A DNA stretch of 34,570 nucleotides, from contig MU053385.1 in NCBI GenBank assembly GCA_013239625.1, positions 156,958 to 191,527 on the forward strand, in the 5' to 3' direction. Of the stretch, positions 1 through 10,300 are shown piece after piece (within the stretch, counting starts at the first letter, position 1; every line of letters begins with the position of its first letter). The notes beneath the pieces are model-generated. The model ran no database searches, was not told where the DNA came from, and worked only from the letters and a program-made list of their open reading frames with translations. Source of the stretch: Lama guanicoe. Its lineage: Eukaryota. Position numbers and translations under genes: made by a program.

Positions 1-18
1 TTCATCAAAAGGGGAAAA

Positions 19-435
19 TGTGGAATTAAGGAAATTAGGCCACAGTTGGAGTCAGGACAGCCCTGTAAGGGGAGCTCTCACACCTGCCACGCATCCTCAA
101 TTACTGCAAAGAGAAAAAGAGTCCCCTATGCCTCTGCAGGAAGGCACCTCTACCTACAACCAATCAGGAAGAAGGAAATCCCTCTGCGCCCCAGGACAGC
201 CCAGCCAATCCAGGCCTGCAGCGGCCCCGCCCACGGGGAGCCTCCGTACTCTGGGCTCCCGGCTCCTGCAGCTCCCCCTTCTCCCTGTAAAGGCAAGTTC
301 CCTCCCTTGGTCTCTGGATTCGCCTGTGGCCCAGCGCGGTTCGCAGGTCCAGAATTGCCGTTCCTCTGCTATTCCTGAGTGAACCCGCCTTTGCTGGTGA
401 AGTAACTGGCGGTTTTATTAGCACAGTTGACGACA
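19..435 (+). mobile_element. ERV 3' LTR relic (ERV1/MER34-like by recall)
   Basis: Polypurine tract aaaaggggaaaa (7-18) directly followed by TG; CCAAT boxes at 160-164 and 205-209; typical R/U5 text (ctgctattcctgagtgaacc...gctggtgaagtaactggcggttttatt); CA end near 435. Confidence 0.65.
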
Positions 436-560
436 GCCGTGTACAGCTCTGCGTGGACACGTTTTCGTTTCTCTGGTGAATATACCTAGGCGTGGACGTG
501 CTGGGTCACACGGTGACTCCTTTTCAGTTGCTGCCGGACTGTTTTTCAGATGGCTCAGGG
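436..560 (-). mobile_element. Old L1 fragment (antisense)
   Basis: gtggacacgttttcgtttctctggtgaatatacctaggcgtgg...gctgggtca resembles antisense L1 ORF2/3' end text. Confidence 0.55.
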
Positions 561-854
561 CTCAGTATTTCTGCCAGGGCCCTGTCTGTGTTAACAACTT
601 GAGTCAATTTTGAAATTAGCGCGTGTACTCCTTTCTTAAGAACTACCCTCTGGCCACCAAGAGGACCCCATAGGCTAGAGTCCGGAGCCCCCAGTGGAGA
701 CTGGGGTGGGGGGACACGCCTGAGTCTGGCGGGTCAGGAAAGGCCGGGGCGGGAGGGCCTGGGGCGGGGCTCGCGCAAGCCGCCCGGCTAGAGGAGGGTC
801 TGGGCAGCCCTGCGCTGGGTGCTGAGAGACGCCGCGCCTCCCGCCCGCGCGCTG

Positions 855-867
855 GTTACCTAGCAAC
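855..867. promoter_or_regulatory. RFX X-box (GTTACCTAGCAAC)
   Basis: Near-palindromic match to the GTTNCC-N(0-3)-RGYAAC consensus in the proximal promoter. Confidence 0.65.
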
Positions 868-916
868 CAGGCAGCATCCCTCCCAGCAAGCACCGCTTCG
901 AACGCAAGCCACTGGA

Positions 917-975
917 GACTACGAGTCCCCGCATGCCCCGCGGCCCGGGCGCGCGGACTACAAGTCCCACAACGC
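917..975 (+). promoter_or_regulatory. Tandem ZNF143(STAF)/THAP11-type ACTACAnnTCCCA motifs
   Basis: GACTACGAGTCCCCGCATGCCCCGCG (917-942) and GGACTACAAGTCCCACAACGC (955-975); a third partial site TCCCAGCAAGCACCGC at 881-896. Confidence 0.7.
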
Positions 976-1139
976 GTCGCCTGTCCTCTCCTGGCCGCCC
1001 CCCGCCCCTGCGCTCCCGAGACCCTGCGGAGCGCGCGCGCGACCCCTTCCCGACGCTCCCCGCGCCGAGTGCGGCGCGGTCTCGCGGTGACTCGGGAGCG
1101 TGGGGGCGAGGCCCGGAGGAGCGGCTGGGCCGGGGCGCC

Positions 1140-1321
1140 ATGCGGCGGGGCGAGCGCGGCGGCGCCGAGGGGCAGCGGCCGGGGTCCCCCGTGCCCGTGG
1201 GCAAGGCCTGCCTGGAGGAGCCGCCGGACGGCGCGCCCGCGGGCCGAGCGGGCGGGCCGGGCGCGGGCCGCCGCAGCAACGAGTCCGAGGTCTACGACGA
1301 CGGCACCAACACCTTCTTCTG
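1140..1321 (+). CDS. PTDSS2: PTDSS2 coding exon 1 (182 nt)
   Basis: ggcgccATGc start context; MRRGERGG...DDGTNTFF(W); donor TG|gtgagg. Confidence 0.96.
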
Positions 1322-4300
1322 GTGAGGGACGCGGTTCGCTCCGCTGCCGGGATGAGGGGTGCCCGCGGGACGCGGGGCGGCCCAGCGCCTCCTGTGCGCG
1401 CTGCCCCAGAGGGAGGGCTGGAGGCGAGGGGGACAGGGAACTCGACTCGCGGTCTGCAGAACCCTTTAGCAGTTTAACGTATACCCGAGGAGATACTTTT
1501 GCTTGGGAAAAGTGATCCTGAGGCTGCAGAATCCCGCCGGCGTAATCTTGTCTCTGCAAAGTGTTCGCCCCACCGAGAAGCCCGAGGGAGGAGTGAGCGC
1601 AAAAAGGGCAGCCAGTGAGACGACAGGAAGCCTCAAAGAGCAGATGGAAGGACCCAGCGAGACCCCAGGGGTGCAGTTCTTCTCTCAAGCTCCGCGTGCT
1701 TCCTCCCAGTTGGTGGGCGAAGACCCACCTTTAGCGGGATCCCCATTCTAACGGGGAGACTTCCGTCCTCTAACAGAGGGGATGCCCGGGGGACCCCGGG
1801 ACCAGCCTCCTCCCTGCCCCAGCCCCTTTTCCTGGGAGGACTTTGCACAGAAGTCACCTCAGAAAGAGTTTTCCTGACCTCCCATCCAAAATTCACCCCT
1901 GCCCTCCGTGCGTTGCCTTGGAGAGTGCTTGTGCTGCGTGAGGTTATCTTCTGCTCCCCCAGCGCGTGGCGGGAACAGCTCACTGCGTGCCAGGAGCTCA
2001 GGGGGCGTTTGTGGAGTAAAGGTGCTTCTTCCCTTTAGTTGTCCTTGGCAGGCCAGCTCTTTGACCCCTGCACAGCTAAGTCCTAGACAAGCCTTGGGGT
2101 CAGGCTGTCCTCTAGTCGGCCTCCAGGGGCAGCCCCTCCCTGCCAGGGCCCCTGTTGGAAGACTTCATGATGTTGCTCTAGGCTGAGTTTGGCACTTTTG
2201 TGCTTGAAGGTCCAGGAACAGCCTGGGACCAACAGGTCCCAGGCGTGGCTCCTCCGCCTGATGGCTTGGTGACCTTGGGCTGCCCTTCGCCTGCCTGAGC
2301 TTCCCTTTCCTTGTTAGGGAGACAAACCCCATACACTAGAAAGCCTGCTTCGTGGGAGGAGGCCTGTGGCTGTTCTTTGCGGCTCAGTTCATGTCCCGCT
2401 GAAGTTGAGTTGTGTAGTGGGCTCCGGGGACAGGGGCAGACTCAGTGTGGCTTTGGTCCCCAGGGAGCTCATGGGAGAGACAGATGGATGTGTGGTGTCT
2501 GGCAGGAATGCCACGCGGAAACAGCCCCGCAGAGTTGTGGGGCTGCCAGAGGAGGTGTGATCTGGAGGTGAGCAGAGCCTGAACGGTTCAGGGAGGCAGT
2601 ACGGAGCCAGCGGTGTCCTGGTTGTGTCTGACCCGGGAGAGACGGATTGGGCAGTCCTGTGTCTGCCTGGCTGTGGAGGGAGAGAGAGACAGGTGCCCTC
2701 CTCAGTGGGGGTGTGGCCCCAGAGCTGGTGGCCCTGCTGGACATCCTGTAAGTGGCTCAGGCCTGTCAGCTGCCCTGCCCCGCCCCCTCAGCCCGCAGCC
2801 CTGCTGGCGGCCACTGGAGGCAGGTCCTGGTGCGGCGGCCAGGCTTGCTTCGTTTCTTTCCCGTTCGGTGCAGGTTTCGGGGTGCTGGTTGCTGTTCTAA
2901 GGATACACAGAACTAAACGAGCTTAGATTCTGGCGCACACCTGGACCCCCGAGGGCACGGTGTGTCGTGGTGCTCACAGAATCCCGAGGGCACACCCCTC
3001 ACCTGGGGCCGTGGAAAGCGTGTGCTGGTTTTTTAGAAGCACAGACAGGTGACGCTCGGGTCCCTGTAGCTGAGCTTACCGCAGGGAGGGCTGATGGGGA
3101 CCAGGAAGGCTTCTGAGGGCGACTGGACTGCCAGTTTCAGGTTCCTGCTCGGAGGTCTCCCGGGTAGGTGTCTCCGCCCTCTGCCCCCCGCCCCCCCCCC
3201 GCCCCTGGGTAGAGGTGGGCTGGTGTGTGGGGCTCTTGCCTGCCTGTGCAGGGGAAGGGGCGTTGCGTTTCCTCAAGGCAGGCAGGTAACCGGATGCCTG
3301 CCTGGCAGGGTCTAGCTGCTTACCTTCTTCTGAGTCTCTAGTCGTTGGCTTGCTGTGTTGGAATTTAAAAACTCTTATTTTGTGTTTTAGAGAATCTTAA
3401 TAATGAATGTTCCACAAAATTAATATAAAGGCTAAAGTGTATGTATTTGTAGAAATGACTGTGTTCCAAAATTACTCAGAATATCTGTTGCCTGGTTGAA
3501 AACCTTCTTTTTAGGGTTTTCATTTTCAAAGAAACTTGGGCTTCTTGGGGGCCAGTGACGGTGGTTGTGGTGGGCCACGGATGAGGACGTGGAGTTTCTT
3601 TGTCATTACCAGCCGCAGAGCGCGGAGTCCAAGGCTGGATTCCCCCAAACTGGGCCTGAGGGAGGGACCAGAGGACCATGGGGGCCCAAGATGGCGTGGA
3701 CACTGCTCCTCTGCCTGTCGTGGTGTCGTCAGTGGGGACGTCAGGGGAAGCAGCCAAGACCACAGGCACAGGAGCTGTGGGAGGACATGGCACCTTGTGT
3801 GGTCCAACAGGCTTTCAGGACGCTCTTGGGGACTCGATGCCCCAGACAGGTGCTTCCAAACGTTGCCGCCTGTGGGCGGGAGGAAGGTTACCAGGAGCCA
3901 GGGACAGCATGGGTGGTGGTGACATTTTGGCAGTGCTCTTGTCCGCAGGTGTCCTCCAGCACGGAGCCTTCGCTGAGCACGCTTAGTGATTCACGGAGCT
4001 CTCCTGTCAGCAGCACATCTGCAGTAGCCAGGAGAACGTGTGGGGCGGATTTTAGATGCCCCGGGTTCTGGAAGACGCCTTCCCCAGACATTGTGGCTTG
4101 GGCTTTGCCCGCTTCACCCACATCTGGGAAGCATGACTTGTCCGCTGATGCCTTTTTGGTTGTGCTGGTCTGAAGGCCAGGGGTCAGTGGCCCCAGTTGC
4201 CTCATGCAGGCCTGTGACAGGCCCCGGTCTTGACCTTTCCTAGACTAGTCTCACAGCCAGACCTGCTTGTCTTCACTGCGGGGTTCGCAGGCTGTTTTCC

Positions 4301-7300
4301 TGTGTACTCAGCATAATGGGCGTGCTCGTCTCTAGAGGGGCTGGTGGCCGGCCGGGTGTGTCCACGGCCCCCCTCCCCGGCCCTGTCCAGAGACCCACCG
4401 CTGCCCCTCTCGTCCTGGGCCTGGATCCTGGGTTCTCTGTTAGCCACTCGGCCAGAGGGTGCGTCTGTCTTCCTGGGCTCCATGGCAGTGGAGGTGGAAC
4501 GAGGCTGAGGCCAGGCCTGGCGCCTGGGAGGGGCCGGGAGTCTCCCTGCAGGTCTGAGGTCCCTCATGGCGGCTCTGGTGGTGTTGCTGGGTGGGCCCCT
4601 TGTGGCACAGTCTGTGTGCTGGTCGGTGTCTGAGATCCTTACACTTAACTGTCAGGGCCACTGTTTCATGCCTCGTCTCTGCTCCCGCTCTTCTGTCCCT
4701 CCTGCCTTGGTTTAGTTCTGCATTTCACCTGACTACGTTCCCGGGTCACAGTGACCGTTCCCAAGCTCTCCCTGTCCAGGACTGCCGCTCTGCCATCAGG
4801 TCCGTGCGGCTCCCCCCTGCGCTGGCGGCCCCGTGGGACAGTGTCCATGAGAGTGGCTCCCCCTCTGCCAGGCCTTCCTTCCCGGCCGCCTGGCTTCCTG
4901 GTCTCATTTCCCTTCTGTCTGGAGGACTTCCTGCAGCAGCTCTTTTGGAGAGGGTCTGCTGGCCCTGGACTCTGCTTCCTCCTCCGTCCACAACTGTTTG
5001 GTTCATATGCGTTCCTGAAGGGTATTTTTGCTGGATGTGGGACCCTGGTTTAACGTTTCTCTCAGTGGAGGCCGCTGACCCGCGTGCTCCACCCACCCCT
5101 GGCAGCATGTCTGGAGGCCTGGAGCTGGACGCCCCAGCTCTGAGCAGTGCTGCGCGGTCACGTTGGGCTGGCCTGGGTTCCACGTCCTGTCCCATCTGTC
5201 AGCTGGCCTGCTGTCTGTACCTTCTGGGCAGGTCCAGAATCCAGCCACTCCCAGCAGCCCCGCGGTGGGCCGGCCCCATCACCCGCACCCCTCCCCCCTT
5301 GCCGGGGCCCCTGGGGGCAGCCGCGCTCTGTTATCGGCCCTGCAGTGGCTCTCGCCCGGCTGAGGTCCCTCTGAGCCTCCTGCCACACTGCCCCCCGTTT
5401 CTGGGACTGGCTAGGCCCGCCCGCGCTGCTGGCCTGGCCCTGTCCCCGTCCCCGGGCGTCCACCCTGGTGAGGCCCTCCCTAGTTCTACGCCCGCCCGCT
5501 CTGTTTTCCCCACATGCATCCTGTTCCTCTCACACCTCAGCTCAGGCAGGCAGGTTTGGGGTTTGTTGGCATGTGCCAGGTACTCTGGACCACTTACTGT
5601 CTGTGGCACTTGGGACCTCTCACCCTGGGTCTTGTCACCTCACAGTGAGGGTTTGTGAGGTGATGCAGGTGTGCTCGAGCTGTTCCCAGCGGGGCTCAGA
5701 CCCCAGGCCCCCGCCGCCGAGCTGTGTGACCTGGACACTGCATTTACCAGCTGGGACCAACCTCGGGGCCAAGGTGATGAAGAGGCCCATGCGTTGTCAG
5801 TGTCAACCTTGTGATCCGGATGCCCTTGGCCCCTCATGGGTTCTCAGTGACTCCCGTTCTCCCTGCTAACATCTGATGTCCCCTGCAGGGAGGAAAGGGT
5901 GGGCCGTGTCCTGGGCCCAGGAGCCAGCTGAGCTCGCCAGTTCCCTCTCTTTGTAGGCTTAGGCAGAGGATGAGTTTCTGGGTCACCGCGTCCAGGGCAC
6001 CGTAGGAGTGAAAGTCTGAAATAGGACCTTATGAAGCAGTCTCTGTGTTGTAATTATTCCACAGGCCTTTCAGGCAGTGAAATGTTTACAGAGTTCAGCT
6101 GAGGTTTTCCTGAGGGTCCCTATGGCCTAGGACTCAAATGTGAATGTATTTATGTTGAATTGTACTAAAATAGTTAAAATAGAAATTTTGTTCACTTCTA
6201 ACAATTTTAAATGCCCAGTATTGTGAAATGTGGTAAAAGAATGCACTGTTTTCTTAGCTTGGGGCTAATTTATCTAAACATGGCTGCCTTTGTTTTTGTT
6301 TTCATAAAGAAAATAAAATTTAATTGAAGGGCAGGAAATAACACCTAAATGGGAGATGTTCCTTGTCTTGTGGATGGGGAACTCTTGGTATTATTCGCCT
6401 ACCAATTCTTCCCGCACTAATTTATAAATTCAGTGCAATTCTAATTAGAATCCTAATAGAATCATTTGTGGCCACTGTCGGACTGATGTCAAAAGTTAAA
6501 GTGTGAATAAATATGCGAGAATGAAAAGGCTGGGGAAGTAAGAGGGTTGGGCTGCCGGATGTCAGGTCTTAGGTCTCAGGTCTGCAGCCCCACCCTTGCT
6601 TTTTAAAAAATATCACTTGAATTGGGGTAGGATTTTACTGGATGACACATACCCACCTGAGTCCACATCCCTTGAGTTACACACCATGTGCACTGCCAGG
6701 GGTGGGGGGAACGTCCCGCCGCTGGGAAGCTGCTGTTCCCTGGCCCCCTCTTGTGAGTCCTCGCAGACGGCAGGTGTCTTTCAGGGCTGGCTCTGTGGGC
6801 GTGGCGTTCACTTCCACACACAGGTCTGAGTGGACACGTCCTCTTTTCCCTTGAGTAAACACTCTGGGCTGAGGCGGGGTGATGGGGAAGCCAGTGTGAC
6901 TGTCAGAGCTGCGAGCTGCTCTAGCCCCTGTGTCGTGTGCAGCCCCCTCCCTCGTGACGCCGGAGTGCAGTTGCTCTGTGTCCCTGCCGGCGCTTGAGCC
7001 TTCCTGTGCTGCAAGTTTGCTTTCACTGTGGCTGGTGAGGCCGCACGTCTGTCTGTGTGCCATTGGCCATTTGTTTACCTTTTCCTCTGAAGTGTGTGTG
7101 CAGTCTTTTGTCCTTTTTTTTTTTTTCGAGATTGTTAGTCTGTTGTTGGGTTGTAAGAGTTCTTTATGTTTCTGGATACAGAGGCCTTTGTCAGACACGT
7201 GTACTGTGAATGTCTTCTCCCAGTTTGTGGTTTGCTTTTTCATTTCTTTAGTGTATGTTTCATGGTGAGAGACAGGGAGCTAACGCCTGGTGGCAGGTCC

Positions 7301-10300
7301 TCTGCTCGGCTCGATGCTTCTGTGTGTTTGTTCGCTTGATCTTCGTGGTGTCCTTCAGGGGCTGGGGGCATCCTCAGCTAGAAATGGAGGGGTTACAGTG
7401 TCTCTCCAAAGACACACTCTTCTCCTTGGGTGTAGGAACTGGGCCTCTGCCTCCTTTGCAGGCAGCTGTTGAAATGCAGAGGGGCCCAGACGAGTGTGTG
7501 ACTCAGGCAGCGTGCAGGCTGGTACTTGGCACTTGTGGGCCCTGTTTCCAGGTGAGGCCCGCCCACTGGCTGCTGAGAGCCAGCCTCCTTCCTCCCACAT
7601 CAGGGCTCTGAAGGCTAATACGGAGGGGGCCAGACAGAGGTGAGGAGGCTGCCTTCGCTCCAGCCACGCAGCCGTCTCTCAGCCAGGTCTCCTGGGTGTT
7701 CAGCAGCAGTCGGCCCGCCCGTCTTGCCCGTCTTGCTTGGGGCCTCAGAGCCCCTCTCTGCCTCCTGTCCTCCACTGTCCTTGCGGTCTCCCATATGTGC
7801 TCATTTCATGCACCAGAGGTCGGTTTCAGCCTGGCCTTACTCCGTGAAGAGAGCTGTGTTAACCTGCTGCCTGGTCTGTCTTACAAGAGATGCCAGCTCC
7901 AGGCACCTGGGGCGTGCTGGCGTGACAGACAGACTGGACAGGGTGACACAGCACACGCAGAGTGTGTAGCTCATGGTCAGTGGAGTCCCTCCCCTGGTGG
8001 CACGTCATGAGCGTGGGGTGGCGCTTTCCGGACTTGATGTGGCCGTGTGCTTGCCTTTCAGGCGGGCCCACACCCTGACGGTGCTTTTCATCCTCACCTG
8101 TGTGCTGGGCTATGTGACTCTGCTGGAGGAGACGCCGCGGGACACGGCCTACAACACCAAGAGGTACCGGGCTGCCGGAGGTTGGGTGGGGTCCTCACTC
8201 CCTCAGGCTGGCCAGGGGTCTGGAGACCAGCCTCCACTGCATGCCCGGAGCATCCTGCCCGTCCCTGGGGCCCCACCAGCACGTCTCCCATGTGATCTGC
8301 AGGTCGTGCTGCATTTGCACATGTGAGACCAGAATGTGCTGCGGCAGCTCCCCCGAAGGGGTTCAGGTCAGTTCCCACAGGGACCAGCTTCCCCACACGC
8401 CCAGCACTCAACACTCCAGGCACTGTGAGTGTCCTGCAGGTCAGCCCAGTCTGGACACGGTCCCCCAGACAGCGCCAGACCCCAGGGTTACGGCCGCAGT
8501 CCTGCAGGACAGCCCCACCCCCACCCCCACGACCCCAGTAGCAAGTCCCGGTTGCCCTGTGCTTCCGACTGGCTGGCTGTGAGTCGGTTTCCCACCACCC
8601 CCTCCTCCTTTCATTAATTTGTTAGAGCAGTTTACGGAACTCAGAGAATACGTTACTTACTTACTTTGAAAAGTTTATCCTGAAAACACGTAACTGAGGA
8701 ACAGCCAGGTGGGAAGGACGTGTGGGACGAGATGTTGGGAAGGGCCTGGAGCACCGGCCCCGCCCCACCACGCCCCAGGTCGGCCGCTTTCTAGAACCCA
8801 CTCAGTTCACCAGCCCCATCCTTCTGGATTTTAGAGAGGTCCCTCGCATAGCAGGGTTGGTTAGAATCCGTGGCCGTTGGTGATTGGCCCAGTCTGTGCC
8901 CCGCCCCCAGAGGTCTGGGGTGGCACTGAGCTCTGAACCCCTAATCGTGTGGTTGGTTCTCCTGGCAGCCAGCTCCCATCCAGAGGACACCCTGAGAACC
9001 TCAGCACTCTGGAAATTCCAGTTCTGGCCAGAGAAACAGATGAAGCCCAAATACATACGTGTTATAAATCACTGTGTCGCAGAGACTGAGTTGGGTGTCT
9101 GGGATGTACGGGTTTTTGTGAGGCCGGGGAAGGTTCCCACCAGCTGGCACCATCCTTCCACACTCTGTCGATACAAGGCTCTTGGAAAATTTTAAACTGG
9201 CTTTGAGAGTCTGGTGGCCTATCTCGAGCTGCGCAGGAAGAGGGAAGTCTTTCTGTGTTATCTCCAGAAGCAGATGAGCTGATGGGGTGCACCCTTTGCC
9301 AGAATCCCATGGATTCTGGGGCCAGTCTCAGAGGTGCAGGAGGAAGATTTGCTGGTTTTAGTACTCGTTTCTGTGGGTTTTCTGCACTGGACGGATTTGC
9401 TGCTCCCTCTGGTTGCATGAGGCCCCCGTTGCTCTTCCAGTCCTGGGGCCCAGCCCCGCCTGCTCTGGTGGGGCAGGCGGAGGAGGCCAGGCATGGACAG
9501 AGGCCTGGAGGGGCCAGGAGACTGCTGGTCGGTCAGCCTCGGGTGGCGGGACTGGGCTTGCGCGCCGTCGTCCCCTGCCGGGCTTGAGGTGAGCGGCGTT
9601 TGGCACATCCTGCTGGACACCAGGGGGCTCCCACCAGGCTGTGGTGTGGGGTCTCCATGCTGCAGCGGGCGTGTCCAGGGGAGTCTGGGCTCAGGCCCCT
9701 GAGGGCTCCCAGTGGCTCACGTCCTGCCCTCACCCGTGAAGTGCAGGTATCCCGCCCGTGCTCCAGCTCCCAGCTCCACGCTCGGTGGGGCTTCCTCCTG
9801 CCATTGCCTCCGGCTCCCGTCGGCTTTGCTGGGTCTTCCTCATTATTCTCGTCTGCGGGTGAGTCGTGAAGCCTTGCTGCCCGGGGCCCTGCGCTGCGAC
9901 CCAGGCCCAGGGGCTGCGGGCTCAGGCTGCCCTTGTTGAGGAGGAGGCTTATTGGACGTGTCCGGGGCCCACCTCCTCGTCCTGTACTGGCCTTCCTCCT
10001 GAGCCGTCCCTGCCCGAGAGAGGCCAGGATGGTGAGCCCAGAAGGGGCCACCCAGACAGCGACAGGGGCGCCTGGACCCTCTCCAGGGGTCCCCTGGGTG
10101 AGTTCGTTGAACGAGGGGCTGGAGGAAGGCAGCTGGCTAGGGATTTGAGGGCCCCCAGACACATTCTGCTCTAAAGTTCTGTGCTCTGTGGACACACGGC
10201 ATCATAGTGCACGATCTCTGGAGCCCAAAGGGGCTGCCCTCCCTGCCCTGTGGTGCTGCTGGTGGTGCCTGGAATCCACCCAGCGCCTCCTGGGAGCCCC

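Larger units (their letters stand above)
700..1460 (+). promoter_or_regulatory. PTDSS2 CpG island / TATA-less promoter
   Basis: Very dense CpG; GC box GGGGCGGGGC at 761-770; covers exon 1. Confidence 0.9.

Noticed and set aside
675..1688. 337-aa minus-strand ORF over the PTDSS2 promoter and exon 1
   Set aside because: Arg/Pro/Gly/Ala-rich, no recognisable domain, expected in a CpG island with few stop codons; antisense to a real exon.
4591..5658. 355-aa plus-strand ORF in intron 1
   Set aside because: Non-ATG start, low-complexity Pro/Leu/Ala content, overlaps a probable decayed antisense L1; no protein family recognised.
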